From NCBI GenBank assembly GCA_963844715.1, contig CAWJPJ010000006.1, forward strand, positions 1,024,001 through 1,088,000: a stretch of 64,000 bases of DNA. The letters run 5' to 3'. Position numbers and translations under genes: made by a program. This document shows, piece after piece, positions 21,729 to 33,898 of this stretch. The notes below the pieces were generated by a model. The model was not told the DNA's origin, did not search any database, and worked only from the letters and a program-made list of their open reading frames with translations. Source of the stretch: an uncultured Phycisphaerales bacterium. Its GTDB lineage: Bacteria > Planctomycetota > Phycisphaerae > Tepidisphaerales > Tepidisphaeraceae. How positions within the stretch are numbered: position 1 is the first letter of the stretch; each line of letters opens with the position of its first letter.

Positions 21729-24661
21729 ATGAAACCAGGCGATCGAATCGATGGGTTTGTTGTTAATAGAGTTACGACGCTCCCCAACCTCCGCTCCGTG
21801 GCGTACGAACTCAAACACCAGGCCAGCGGCGCCCGCATTCTGCACCTCCATAACCAGGACCCCGAAAACCTGTTCTCGGTCTCCTTCCCCACCCCCCCGC
21901 CGGATGACACCGGCGTTCCCCACATCCTCGAGCACAGCGTCCTGGCCGGCTCAGCAAAGTATCGCGTGAAGGACCCCTTCTTCGAGATGGTCAAGTCCAG
22001 CATGGCCACTTTCATCAATGCCATGACCGGCAGCGACTACACCGTCTATCCCGTTGCTAGCAATGTAAAGCAGGACTTCTTCAACCTCGCCGAGGTCTAC
22101 TGGGATGCCGTTTTCTATCCCCTTCTGACCGAGCAGACGTTCCAGCGCGAAGGCCACCACCTTGAGATCACCACCCGCTGGCGAATTGATCATCAAGGGC
22201 ATCGTCTATAACGAAATGAAGGGCGCCAAATCCAGTCCTGAAGCGCACGTCTGGGACCTGATCGAAAAAAATCTCTGGCCCGACACCCCCTACGGCAAAG
22301 ACGCCGGCGGCGACCCCGATCACATCCCCGAACTCACCTGGCAAGGCCTGTGCAATTTCCATCGAACCTTCTACCATCCCAGCAACGCTTATATCTTCCT
22401 TTACGGCGATATCCCCACCGCCGAGCATCTCAAATTCCTCTCCGGCCGCCTGGCGCAGTTTGCCGATCAGGATATCGGCGTCGATCTGTCCCCCCAACCC
22501 CGGTGGAAGACCCCGCGCACCGTCTCGGCCGGTTATCCCGTCGCGCCCACCGACGCAACCGAGGGCAAGACCTATATTGTTCACAACTGGCTCGTTGGCG
22601 ATAGCACGAACCCGGCCGAGCTATTCGCCCTCAGCGCCCTGGAGCGCATTCTCCTCGGCAACCAAGCCGCACCCCTCCGTAAAGCGATCATCGACTCCAA
22701 ACTCGGCCAGGACCTCACCCACAGCAGCGCAAACGTCAACGGCCCCGACGCTTCATTCCATATCGGCATCAAGGGAACCGAAACCAACCGCGCCGGCGAT
22801 TTTGAACAGCTAGTCATGAACACCCTGCGCAAGATCGCCGATGAAGGCGTTTCCTCCGACCGTTTCGACGCCGCCATCCAGCAATTACAGTATCGCTATC
22901 TCGAGATCACCCCCTCCTATCCCCTGCATCTGATGGGCGGCGCCGTTCGCCATGTGGCAGCACAGCGCCGACCCCCTGGAGTTGTTCCGCGCCGAGGAGC
23001 ATATCGCCAATCTCAAGCGATCCTTCGCCGCCGATCCCGACGCGTTCGGAAAAATAATCCGTGAGCGATTGCTGGATAATCCGCACCGCCTCACCGTGAT
23101 CGCCGCGCCCGACCGCGACATTCAGGCCAAAAAAGACGCCGAATTCGCCCGCAAGATGAAAGAGCAAAAGGACTCCCTCTCCCCCGCTCAAATCGAGGAC
23201 ATCACACGCAATCAAACCGAACTTGAGGCGATTCTCAACGCTCCCAATTCCCCCGAGGCCATCGCCTCCCTCCCCCAGCTTCGCGTCAGCGACCTCCCGC
23301 GCAAGCCCAAGCATATCCCCACAACCGTTGAGACGTTGTCCGGCGGCGCGATCCTCCTGAACAACGACGTCTTCGCCAACGGCGTCAATTACCTCCTCGT
23401 CACTCTCGATCTGGGTGGCCTGCATCCCGACCTCGTTCCTTATCTCTCCCTCTATTCCGACGCCGTGCAAAAAATGGGCGCGGCCGGCCAGAATTTCGTA
23501 CAAATCGCCGAGCGCATCGCCGCCCACACCGGCGGCGTCGCCTTCACCCCGGCATTCCACGGCCGCGTCGACGACGCCAATCGCGTCATGCAATCCGGAA
23601 CCTTCAGCATCAAATTCCTCGACGACCACGCCGACGCGGCCCTGAGCGTCCTCGCGGATCTCATGCTCTCCCTCGACCCAACCGATGTTCCGCGCCTAAA
23701 AGACATCCTCCTCCAGGCCCGCGCCGCCCAACGCATGCGCCCCAACACGACGGCATGGGACTCGCCCTCCGCCACGCCGCGTCCCGTTTCAACACCGAAG
23801 CCCAATTAAACGAAATGCACGGCGGCCTCCCCCTCATCCGCCTCTATGAAAAAATCGCCGAAGGACCCACCGATGAAGTGATCGACAAACTCTCGCCGCC
23901 TGCGCGACTATCTCTTGTCCGCCCCACACATCACCGCCAGTTTCACCGGGAGCGGCAAAGTCCTGGATCTCGTCCGCCGGCGAATCACCGGGTGGTCCAA
24001 AGCGAAGCTGACAAAATCCCAGGCCAGGCAATCATATGCTACTTTTTTTGAGTATCCCCCAATACGCAGCGGCCTGGCCGCACCCATGAACGTCGCCTAT
24101 TGCACCAGCGTCATGCCCGCCCCGCATGTTTCTAATCCAGACGCCCCGCTGCTGGCCGTCGCCTCAAGATTGCTCAGCCTCAACTACGTCCTCGAAGAAG
24201 TCCGCTTCAAAGGCACGGCCTACGGCGGAGGCTGCGGCTACAACGGCTCCGGCCAACTCTTCTCCTTCCATTCCTACCGCGACCCCTGGATCAATCGCAC
24301 CCTCGACGTCTACGCCGTCTCCCTACAGCACGTCCGCGAGACCAACTGGACGCAAGGCGACGTCGACCGCTCCATCATCGGCACCGCCAAGGAAGGCGAA
24401 AAACCCATCCGCCCCCCCCAGGCCAGCGCCATCGCTCTCCTACGTCATCTCACCGGCGACACCCCCGCACTCCGAGAAACCCGCCACGCCGCGATCCTCT
24501 CGACGACTCTATCCGGCGCCAAACGCGTGCTCACCGAGCAATTCGAAGCCCACGCCAAAGAAGCTGCCGTCTGCGTCGTCTCCAGCCGCGAAAAACTCGA
24601 AGAGGCGAACGCCCAAAAACCGCAAAACGTCCTGGAAATCGAGGACATCCTCCCACAATGA
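21729..24661 (+). CDS. M16C family metallopeptidase (PreP/Cym1-like), multiple frameshifts
   Basis: Inverted zincin motif 'HILEH', 'FINAMT', 'GIVYNEMKG', 'YHPSNA', 'VRFKGTAYGG', 'SYRDP'. Confidence 0.92.
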
Positions 24662-25188
24662 TCGTCGCCGAAACGCCGCGCCTCATTCTCAGGCATTTTC
24701 ACATCGCTGACGGCGAGGCGATGGATCGCGTATTCGGCGATCCCGAAGTGATGAAGTTCGGAACCGGAGTGAAGGATTCGGAATGGGTCCGAAAAAAGTG
24801 GCTGCCCGGATGCCTCGAGGATTACCACAAACTATGGGGTTTCGGCCTTTGGGCCGTCGTCGAAAAGAAATCGCGCACGACGATGGGATATTGCGGCCTG
24901 AGTTATTTTGAGGATGTCGGCGGAAAGCCGGAGGTGGAAATCGGATACCGCCTTGCCACGGCACATTGGGGAAACGGATTCGCCACCGAAGCGGCGACCG
25001 CCGTGCGCGATTATGCGTGGAACGTGCTCTCCCTAACCCGCCTGATCGCCCTCATCGACCCTCGAAACACCGCATCCATCCGCGTCGCCCAAAAACTGGG
25101 GATGCACTACGAAAAAGACGTGCTATTTAAAGGGTTTATCGACGGGGTCTACGCGATCGAACATCCAAACCCGCCCGCCAAACCGTAG
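24658..25188 (+). CDS. GNAT N-acetyltransferase (RimJ/RimL family)
   Basis: 'ETPRLILR', 'EIGYRL...WGNGFATEA', 'NTASIRVAQKLG'. Confidence 0.9.
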   Translation: MIVAETPRLILRHFHIADGEAMDRVFGDPEVMKFGTGVKDSEWVRKKWLPGCLEDYHKLWGFGLWAVVEKKSRTTMGYCGLSYFEDVGGKPEVEIGYRLATAHWGNGFATEAATAVRDYAWNVLSLTRLIALIDPRNTASIRVAQKLGMHYEKDVLFKGFIDGVYAIEHPNPPAKP

Positions 25189-25196
25189 ACAAAGGC

Positions 25197-26972
25197 ATGA
25201 AGTCATGCCGTTAGATGGTTCTCATTCTCCTCCTCTCCGCCGCCCCCGCGTCGCAACCCATCGACTGGCACGACTGGTCCCCATCAATCTTCGATCAAGC
25301 CAAACGCGAAAATAAATTCGTCCTCCTCGATCTCGGCACGCGCTGGTGCCATTGGTGCCATGTCATGGAGGGAACCACCTACGCCGATCCCGACGTCATA
25401 CGATTGATCGCCGAAAAATATCTCGCCGTCCGCATCGACGCCGATTCACGTCCGGATCTCGCCAATCGCTACGAAGACTATGGCTGGCCCGCCACCATCG
25501 TCTTCAATTCCGACGGCTCCGAAATCGTAAAACGCCGCGGCTACCTCCCGCCCCAGGAAATGGCCTCCCTCCTCAAAGCCATCATCGCCGATCCCACCCC
25601 CGGACCCTCCGTCGTCGCGCCACAAACCATCCATTACACAACCGACGCCGCCCTGACTGACGACCTCCGCCAAAAACTGCTGCGCATCTATTCCCAAACC
25701 TACGATTGGAAAAACGGCGCCTGGGGATTCAGCCAGAAATTTCTCGATTGGAACGACGTCGAATGGGCCATGCGCCGCGCCGCCGCCGGCGACGAAACTG
25801 CCGATCGCATGGCTCGCCAAACCCTCGACGCCCAGCTCAACCTCCTCGACCCCGCCTGGGGCGGCGTCTATCAATATTCCACCGATGGCGACTGGCAACA
25901 CCCCCACTTCGAAAAAATCATGCAGATGCAAGCCGAGAATCTGCGCATTTATTCCCTCGCCTACGCGCAGTATCACGACGAAAAATACCGTCACGCCGCC
26001 GAGGCCATCCACGCCTACCTGATTTCCTTCCTCCACTCCCCCGACGGCGCCTTTTACACCAGCCAGGACGCCGATCTAATCGACGGCGTGCACGGCGGCG
26101 AATATTTCTCCCTCACCGACTCCCAGCGCCGCGCAAAGGCATCCCCCACATCGACACCCGCGAATACACGCGCGAAAACGCCTGGGCCATCCGCGGCCTG
26201 ACCGTCCTCTTTGAATCCACCAACGACCCCGCCGCCCTGCAAGAAGCCACCGCCGCAACCAATTGGATCATCTCCAACCGGTCGCTCCCAGGCGGCGGTT
26301 TCTCCCACTACCACCAAGACCCCGCCGGTCCCTACCTAGGCGATACCCTCGCCATGGGCCAGGCCTTCCTCGAACTCTACGAAGCAACGGCCGATCGCCA
26401 ATACCTCGCCCGCACCCAATCCGCCGCCGATTTTATAGCCACGCATTTCCATCGCCCCGGCACTGTTGGAATCGTGACATCCGACTCCCCCGCTGCGGAT
26501 TTGCAGACCGCAGATCCCCTGGCCGCAGCCCCCGAATACGACGAAAACGTGGACTTAGCCCGATTCGCAAATCTTCTGAGTCAATACACCGGCCGATCCC
26601 CCGATCGCAAACTCGCCGACGCCGCCATGATGTACGTCGCAACGCCGCAGATCGCGCACGATCACGGAATTCAAGTCGCCGGCGCACTGCTTGCCGATGA
26701 CGAACTTTCGCGCCCGGCCCTGCACATTGTCATCGTGGGAAAAAAATCAGACCCCAAAGCCGCCGATTTATTCGCCGCCGCGCCAAATCCCGACGGCGTT
26801 TAAACGCCTCGAATGGTATGACTCTTCCGAAGGCCCGCTGCTGAATTCAGATGTGGAATACCCCGCGCTCGATCAACCCGCCGCATTCGTTTGCAACGGC
26901 ACCGCCTGCTCGCTCCCCGCTTTTAATCTCGATCAATTATCCAAACGAATCGCCCGCGCAAACGCCCCGTAA
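25197..26972 (+). CDS. Thioredoxin-domain protein, DUF255/YyaL family, frameshifted
   Basis: 'WCHWCHVM', 'RPDLA', 'GWPAT', 'PHFEK', 'FYTSQDAD', C-terminal 'AFVCNGTACSLP'. Confidence 0.88.
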
Positions 26973-27008
26973 TCCGGATTCTCTTAAGGATTCGCGCGCC
27001 TTCTTTTG

Positions 27009-27052
27009 CCTCTCCCTGCCCTCCGGTAGTTTCCGCAGGACGGGTGAGGGGC
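27009..27052. repeat. REP-like repeat variant
   Basis: CTCTCCCTGCCCTC..TAGTTTC..GGGTGAGGGGC, resembling the inner part of the 57606 copy. Confidence 0.55.
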
Positions 27053-27089
27053 GGGCGCGCGATTCATTCACGATCCGGATATTCCTGAT

Positions 27090-27788
27090 TTATCCCAGCG
27101 CATCGATCAGCGATCCCGGCGGAAAATTACTGAAAAGCGCCGACATATCGATCGGGCTCCCGTTCGTTTTCGCCTGCTGCAATCCGGACATCAAATCCTG
27201 GTGAAATTGTTCCGGCGTTACCCCGCTGCTCTGCAAGGTCTGGAAGAATTGCTGCATCGAATTCGTTCCGTCTGACACAGTCGTCGGCGTGGTTGTCCCG
27301 GATGCCGCGGTCCCGGACGCCGCCGTTTCCAGCGCCGTCTCCAGCGAGGTCGCCAGCCCGCTCACGGTTGGATTCGACGTCAGCGCGGTCGCCAAAGCCG
27401 AAGTTCCCGCGGCCGATTGCCCGCTCCCCGATGCGGTTTGCAGATAGGATGTAATGGCGCTGGAAATCGCCGCATTCGGGTCCGAACCGGCGGGGAGATT
27501 CTGCAATGCACTCGTAATGCTCGATTGCAAAGCGCTGTTTATTCCGCCCGATTGCTGGCTCTGGCCTCCGCCGCCGCCACCGCCATGGTGATGGTGGTGA
27601 TGTTGCTGCCCCGAAACCTGCGACGTGGTTGCAAGTCCGCTGGCGGATGAGGAACTCACCTGGCTCGCGGCCGTGCTGTTGGCTGTATTGCTCGTTGAAT
27701 TTGTGGCTTGAGTGGAGTTACTGGTGAGTTGCTGAAGCCACTGAAACAGACCCTGCGCGTTGCCCGCAATCCCGGAAATCAATGACAT
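27090..27788 (-). CDS. Hypothetical low-complexity S/T/Q-rich protein with His6-Gly7 tract
   Basis: Open 232-aa frame, upstream AAGGGA; 'QQHHHHHHGGGGGGG'; C-terminal 'GSLIDALG'. Confidence 0.7.
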   Translation of the reverse strand: MSLISGIAGNAQGLFQWLQQLTSNSTQATNSTSNTANSTAASQVSSSSASGLATTSQVSGQQHHHHHHGGGGGGGQSQQSGGINSALQSSITSALQNLPAGSDPNAAISSAITSYLQTASGSGQSAAGTSALATALTSNPTVSGLATSLETALETAASGTAASGTTTPTTVSDGTNSMQQFFQTLQSSGVTPEQFHQDLMSGLQQAKTNGSPIDMSALFSNFPPGSLIDALG

Positions 27789-27829
27789 AGAGCGTCCCTT
27801 TCACTCTTCGTGATCCGCGCATGCAGGCC

Positions 27830-27858
27830 TCATCGGCAACCCCGCCCGAAAATCTTCA
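27830..27858 (-). promoter_or_regulatory. sigma28 (FliA)-like promoter
   Basis: Minus strand TGAAG-N16-GCCGATGA. Confidence 0.6.
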
Positions 27859-27947
27859 CCTCATCCCTCCGCCGCAGCCGGTTTGACCTGCGGTATGTAG
27901 AGGCGTTATTGTCGAGGGTCTGTCCATTTATCTAGAAGGGTTGATTC

Positions 27948-28502
27948 ATGCGAGCGAGCGAAATTCGACGAGGTCAGGCCGTCATCATCGACGGGAAGCT
28001 GTTTGTGGTGACCAACGCCGATCACAACACCCCAGGCAACCTGCGGGCCAAGGTGCAATTCAAACTCCGCGACGTCGGCAAAGGCACGATCATGGACAAG
28101 CGGGTCGGTGCCACGGATGACATCGAAACCACCACCCTCGACAGCCGTCAGGTCGAATACCTCTATTCCGACAACTCCGGGCACGTGGTCATGGATATGG
28201 AAACGTTCGACCAGACGCCGGTCCCCAAGGAAGTCTTTGGCGACGACATCCTCTACCTCAAGCCCAATACCCAGTTCACAGCCCAGTTCCACGAAGGAAT
28301 CGTGGTGGCATACACCCTCCCGGCCTCGGTCGATCTGGAAGTGACGGACACCCCGCCGGTGATCAAAGGAGCCACGGCCACCAACCAGCTCAAGGAAGCG
28401 ACCCTGGAGACAGGCCTCAAGACCCGCGTGCCGGGGTTCATCGTGACCGGGGAGAAGCTAAAGATTAGCACCGAAAACGGGGAGTACCTGAGCCGGGCCT
28501 AG
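27948..28502 (+). CDS. efp: Elongation factor P
   Basis: 'EYLYSD', 'MDMETFDQ', 'KGATAT', 'ATLETG', 'VPGFI..GE', 'GEYLSRA'; tip loop PGNLR. Confidence 0.95.
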   Translation: MRASEIRRGQAVIIDGKLFVVTNADHNTPGNLRAKVQFKLRDVGKGTIMDKRVGATDDIETTTLDSRQVEYLYSDNSGHVVMDMETFDQTPVPKEVFGDDILYLKPNTQFTAQFHEGIVVAYTLPASVDLEVTDTPPVIKGATATNQLKEATLETGLKTRVPGFIVTGEKLKISTENGEYLSRA

Positions 28503-28566
28503 CCAAATTGAACGGATAGCCATCCGTCGGGGCCATCATCGAAAGCGAATAAGGGTAGCGAATAAA

Positions 28567-28598
28567 GGGACATCACTACCTGCTTTTAGTGATGCCCC
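28567..28598. repeat. Palindromic hairpin GGGACATCACTA-loop-TAGTGATGCCCC
   Basis: 12-bp near-perfect inverted repeat between convergent genes. Confidence 0.55.
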
Positions 28599-28713
28599 AC
28601 GCGGATGTCACCTTCGAATCTTTGAATCGCCAGCCCGAGATCATCCGAGACCTATTGACCACTACTCGACCGTACGGCACGACCACATTTGCCGCGATGC
28701 TTCGCCGTGGCCC

Positions 28714-29466
28714 TTAGTTCTGCGTATGCTCCACTTGGCTGGCACGGCATAGGTCCTCGCGCGTGCGCCACTGGTGCTCGACGCCCCGCATCAGAAGGGC
28801 GCAGTCGAATGTCGCCGAGCCTGCCGGGAATTTCATCACGTCCTCAAAATAACTGGACTCGACTTGTTGGACAGCCAGCGGCTGAACAGACCATGCCTCA
28901 CACCGCAGCTCCAATCCGTCGTAGCGGGCCGGATCACGGGTAGCCGAGTAGCCCAGCGCCCCGCCCTCGAAGAAACGAGAAGCCTCGCCAAGCGAAGAAA
29001 AAACCGAGCCGCTGGGCAAATCGTCAATCCGTTGGGCCACGACCTTCACCGCCACCTGTCTATCATCGCTCTGGAACGCAACGCTGAAGCGGTCACCCGA
29101 TTCGTCAACGTTGAACCGCGCATGGTGGTGCTCCCCGGGCACCAGACGCCCGCCGAGCAACGCATTGAGGCGAGAATTGCTGTCACGCCGTGGGATGTAT
29201 ACGCCCTCCTCCGGGAGGCCGTCCCGATCCCACTCGACAGCAAAGCGGTGGGCCGCGTTCTCCGATCCAATCCCCACGGCAACAGGGAGAAAGGCAGGCC
29301 GGATTTTTTTTAAACGGATGAGGCAGATTCCGGCAATTGCATAGCCGCCAGCTAACTTCGGCCGAAATGGCGGAGGTAGAAGGCGTGAGGCCACCTCAAC
29401 ATCCACGCGATAATTCACCAGTATGCGGCGGTCGATCACACCTTGAATGGCTGGCAGCCGCATCAT
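28714..29466 (-). CDS. DUF2071/YqjF-like protein
   Basis: 'RRILVNYRVD', 'AGICLIRL', 'SENAAHR', 'GVYIPRRD'. Confidence 0.75.
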   Translation of the reverse strand: MMRLPAIQGVIDRRILVNYRVDVEVASRLLPPPFRPKLAGGYAIAGICLIRLKKIRPAFLPVAVGIGSENAAHRFAVEWDRDGLPEEGVYIPRRDSNSRLNALLGGRLVPGEHHHARFNVDESGDRFSVAFQSDDRQVAVKVVAQRIDDLPSGSVFSSLGEASRFFEGGALGYSATRDPARYDGLELRCEAWSVQPLAVQQVESSYFEDVMKFPAGSATFDCALLMRGVEHQWRTREDLCRASQVEHTQN

Positions 29467-29566
29467 GGCTTTGAGAATAACGGATTACGAATGACCTGAA
29501 AATAGGCCCGCGCCAGCCCCTCTTGGCGTATTTAGATGCGGTTTACCCGCCATTCGCCTTGCTTTT

Positions 29567-30175
29567 TCACGCCACGCCGCGAATCCTCTTTAATTGCAAT
29601 CGCTGCATGAGGGAGGTCAACTGCTGGAGAGTTTTCCTTGCCGCGGCGTCGCTTTGGGGGACCAGGAATCCGCATCGGAATTTGCCGTCAGGGCGCTCTC
29701 GCAAGGTTTGAACTCGGGCGGTTGTTTCCAGCGCGTGGTCTTCGCCGTGCAGCTTGATATGGACGACCGATCCCAAGGCCAGCTTGCTCGCGGTCACCGC
29801 GGCGAACCCCTCGTTGCTGACATCCAAAACCTGGCAGGCGGTTTCCCGACCGATGCCGACGATGATGTCCGTCGCCGCTGTGCTGACACGATACGACTCG
29901 CGGCTTTCGGCGGAAACGATCTCGCCGCTGCGCTCAAAGACAATCGCGTTCTGGGGAGTCAGGAGAATTTCCCGTACGATCGCACCCTGTTGGCAGAATC
30001 GCCGATTCGTCTCGCAAAAAGCGATGACGTCGCTGCCTAGTTCCGGCGTGATTGCATCCTCAAATATGGCGGTGAAACTTGTGCGATCGGATTTGATCAC
30101 CGTGCCGGGATGGAGGTACTTCGTCTTCGACGGCGACGGAAGCAGCAAAAACATGGACTGACCCTTGGCAAGCAT
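29567..30175 (-). CDS. Protein with C-terminal PilZ domain
   Basis: 'SRESYR' (RxxxR) and 'DVSNEG' (DxSxxG). Confidence 0.8.
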   Translation of the reverse strand: MLAKGQSMFLLLPSPSKTKYLHPGTVIKSDRTSFTAIFEDAITPELGSDVIAFCETNRRFCQQGAIVREILLTPQNAIVFERSGEIVSAESRESYRVSTAATDIIVGIGRETACQVLDVSNEGFAAVTASKLALGSVVHIKLHGEDHALETTARVQTLRERPDGKFRCGFLVPQSDAAARKTLQQLTSLMQRLQLKRIRGVA

Positions 30176-30291
30176 GTTTTTTCTCCGGGTTTCGCGTTTT
30201 CAACATATCGCCGCGCCCTTCGCCGCTGACGCGATGTGTCGAATTGGCATCAAATAATTATTAAATCCCCAACCAAATGTTAGCACCTCAC

Positions 30292-30319
30292 ATATCGGCA
30301 AACGAAGATTCGTGCTGGA
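30292..30319 (-). promoter_or_regulatory. sigma28 (FliA)-like promoter
   Basis: Minus strand TCCAG-N15-GCCGATAT upstream of the PilZ gene. Confidence 0.55.
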
Positions 30320-30659
30320 GAAGGCGATTCCCGGTTTTGTGAGATGCCGATAAAATCGGCGAGGGGCGTTTATGGAAAAGAGATGGGGCGGGGAAGGGTC
30401 CGTTTCATCCGAACGAGGAGAGCGATTGGGATTACGATTACGGTTACGATTGGAAGGCGGTGGCGATGAGTTGTTTCCCCCTCGGACTTGGGAGGGCCAA
30501 CGGATGGCAATCCGTTAGCTTTGGAAAAAAAAGAGCAGGATTGGAAGGGTGTGTCAACCCGCCTTAGAGTCGAGTTGGGGAATCGGAGGCAAAAATCAGG
30601 GGCGCAACCTCCGTAGGGGTGGCTGCGCCCTGGTTGAATTATTTGGCCGACCGCGGGAT

Positions 30660-31330
30660 TTACACCCGGATTTTCACCGGCGCTTCGGTGGCCGAGGCTG
30701 CGGCTTGGCGGATCACCGAATCTTCCGAACTATTCGCGGAGACCGCTTTCAATTCGGTGGCGGGCGCTGGTCGTCGCGGAAGCTGGCGAGCGCTGCGACG
30801 GCGGCGAGGCGGGCCGTGGGGAGGAAGAAGCCGTTGGAATTCCGGACGACTTCGATCAAGGGGGCGACGGCGCGGGGGTCGCCGAGGGCGGCGAGGGCCC
30901 GAATCGCTTCGGCGCTGGGCTCGGCGTGGGTGTCTCGGACCGCGACGAGCAATGACTCGACGGCGCGGCGGTCGCCGAGACGGCCTAGGCTGCCGGCAGC
31001 GGCGGCGCGGACGACGGGGTGATAGAAGCCGTCGGCGTTTTGCAGCACGTCAATCAGCGGCTGGACCGCCGCGGAATTGGCGAGCGAGCCGAGGGACGTG
31101 GCGGCATCGCGGGCGACATCCGCATCGGAATTCCGCAAGGACGCGATGAGCGCGGCAGCGGAAGCCTCGATCGGCGACTGGGTGGCCGCGACCGCGGCGG
31201 GTTGTTTGGCCTCGACGCTGGTGGCCGGGATTTCGGCGGCGTTGGTCGGCTTGGATTTGGACGGAGCCGACGTGAATCGGCTGGCGGAACGCTGGGTCGA
31301 GCTTTTGCTCGAAGTCTTCTTGCGCGGCAT
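30660..31330 (-). CDS. HEAT repeat protein with basic disordered N-terminus, frameshift near C-terminus
   Basis: Repeats 'VARDAATSLG...AVQPLI', 'VRAAAAGSLG.LGD.RAV'; shifted frame ends 'VKIRV*' at 30660. Confidence 0.8.
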
Positions 31331-31395
31331 GGTTCGTTTCTCCTGGGGTTGGTGTTCGATTTTTTGGTTCGATCAATTGATACAACGAGCGAGGC

Positions 31396-31424
31396 TTATC
31401 GGACGAAATACCCTCAATGCTTCA
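31396..31424 (-). promoter_or_regulatory. sigma28 (FliA)-like promoter
   Basis: Minus strand TGAAG-N16-TCCGATAA. Confidence 0.6.
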
Positions 31425-31572
31425 AAACAATTTGAGAAGAAGCGGGTTTCGTGGCCGCAAGGACGATCCAACCGAACATGGAGGAACGCCGATGCGGTGA
31501 GGCAAATTATACTACGCGGAAGTTCCGCTTCAAGCGGGGTGAGGAAAAATGTAGGCAGGGAAATGAGCGGCG

Positions 31573-33573
31573 TCAGGCGCTGCGGGCGAAATATTCCTTT
31601 TCCAGTTCGCGCAATTTTTCGGCAAGAGCATCATGCTCTTGCGCAATTTGCCGCAGGCGCTGGGGATCGCGGGCAAATTTGGGGTCGATCATGTTTTCCT
31701 GGCAGCGGGCGATTTCCTTTTCCGTGGCCGCGATCTGCTTTTCCAATTCCTCAACGGCAAGGCGCCCGAACCGGCGGGAATAGGGATTTTGCGGATTGCG
31801 CGAGTGAGCCCCCCTAACACCTTGGTGCTCGCCCGCCTGGTCCCCTGGCCGAGCTTCCCTATCGCCCGGCGGATTTGGGGATTTCTTCTTTTTAGATTGC
31901 GATTGACGGGCGGCCTTGGCGGCTTGGGCCTCGGCCTCTTTGGCGGCCGCAGCAGTCTCGGCTTTCTTTTTTTGCGCCGGCGTGGGCCCAGGCTGTGTAA
32001 TTGCCGTCGAAGGAAACGATATCCGGCGGCTCGAGGATCAGCAGGCGCTGGGTGACTTTATCCAGGAAATAGCGATCGTGGCTGACGCAGACGACTGTAC
32101 CGTCGAAATCATTCAGGGCACGCTCGAGGGCTTCGCAGGAATTGATATCGAGGTGGTTCGTCGGCTCGTCCATGACCAGGACGTTGGGGCGATCGATGAG
32201 GAGCTGGGCGATGGCGACTCTGGCGCGTTCGCCGCCGCTGAGCATACGGATGGGTTTGTCAATGTCTTCGTTGCGGAAGAGCATGAGGGCCAGGACCGCG
32301 CGAACGTCGGCGTCGTTGACATCGCGGCCGACGCGGACTTCCTCAGAAACGGTGTGATCGGGATTGAATTCGCCGAGGCGCTGATCGTAGTAGCCGAGTT
32401 TGAGGCTCGCGCCCAGCGGACTTCGCCGGCGTCGAGTTCGCGCTTGCCAAGGAGGACTTCGAGGAGTGTAGTTTTTCCGGAGCCATTGGGGCCGATGATT
32501 CCGATGCGCTCGCCGCGCGTGATATCGAGTTTGACGTCGGACCAGAGGGGTTTGTCGCCGTAGCGCTTGGTTAGTTCCTTGACGCGGAGCACGCGATCGC
32601 CGGCGCGGAGATCGCTGTTCATGGAGACGCGGATTTTGCTCGTGGTCTCGACGCTTTTGATGAGGTCGTCGCTGGCGAGCAGGCGCTGGAGGCGTTTGTC
32701 GCGGCCCTTGGCTTCCTTGCGCGCTGACCGGCGCCGAAGCGGCGGATGAATTCGGACTGCTTGGCGATATCCGCCTGCTGCTCTTCGTAAGCGCGCTGCT
32801 GAGACAGTTCGTGCAATTTGCGCTGCTCGACGTAGGCGGAATAGTTGCCCGGATAACTTTTGAGCTTGGCGCCAGTGAGCCAGACGATGCGCGTGGCCAG
32901 GCGATCGAGCAGATAGCGATCGTGACTGACGAGGAGCACGGCGCCCGGGAAACTCGCGAGATATTCCTCGAGCCAGGCGATGGCGGTCAGATCGAGGTGA
33001 TTGGTCGGCTCGTCTAGCAGGAGGAGATCACACTGGCCGGTGAGGAGTTTGGCCAGGGCGAGTCTGGATCTCTGGCCGCCGGAAAGAGTCGCGACGTTTT
33101 GTTCCCACGACTCCGGCGGCAGGCCGACGCCTTCGAGCATGGCTTCGAGTTTGTGTCGCCAGGCGTATCCGCCGGCGAGTTCGAAATCGTGCTGCGCTTC
33201 CTGATATTGGTGGAGAATTTTTTCGAGTTTCTCGCCGGTGACGTGGGCCATCTCGTGTTCCAACTTGCGCAGGCGATGGGATAGATCGTGAAGTGTCGAA
33301 AAGGCAAGTTCGGCCTCGTCCATGACGGTGTTGGCGGGATCAAAGACGGGGTCTTGCTCGAGATAGCCGAATTTGACGCCGTCGGCGATGGAGACAGTGC
33401 CGGCGTCGACGGGCAATTGTTTGGTAAGAACGCGGAAGAGCGTGGTTTTTCCGCTGCCATTGTCGCCGATGAGCCCGATGCGGCTCGCCGCGGTCGATGG
33501 AGAAGGCGAGCTTGTCGAACATGACGCGCCGGCCGAAGGTTTTTTCGATATCGAGTAGTGTTGCCAGTGCCAT
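31573..33573 (-). CDS. ABC-F family ATPase (Uup/YheS-like), multiple frameshifts
   Basis: Two NBDs: 'LSGGQRSR', 'LLDEPTNHLD', 'GPNGSGKTT', 'LSGGERAR', 'MDEPTNHLD'; no TM segments; coiled-coil C-terminus. Confidence 0.9.
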
Positions 33574-33676
33574 AATGAAAATCCGATGAGTCGATGCGGG
33601 GACCGGTCATCGGGAAACCGGAGCCATTTGTATCAGGCGGATGACTGGTTTGAAATCTCGGCGAGCTGCAAGCAGC

Positions 33677-33898
33677 TTAAGGCCCATTAACCGCGGGTGT
33701 TTGTTGGACGGCGCGTTTGCCGGGTCTGAGGGAAAGATCGTCGGTCATCACATAGACCAGGATCATGGCGAGCATCAAGGCCACCGCGACCCAGACGCGC
33801 CAATCTTTATGGGCATGCTTCCAAAAATGATGGCGTTCGTGGACGTGATCCCGCGGTTTGGATCCCTCGCTCTCAACATTGTGCTTTTGGGCGGCCAT
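33677..33898 (-). CDS. Small hypothetical membrane protein
   Basis: 'WKHAHKDWRVWVAVALMLAMILVYVMTDD', single TM. Confidence 0.6.
   Translation of the reverse strand: MAAQKHNVESEGSKPRDHVHERHHFWKHAHKDWRVWVAVALMLAMILVYVMTDDLSLRPGKRAVQQTPAVNGP

Noticed and set aside
30429..30451. GATTAC hexamer tandem repeat
   Set aside because: Only about 3.5 imperfect units in intergenic DNA; no evidence of function.
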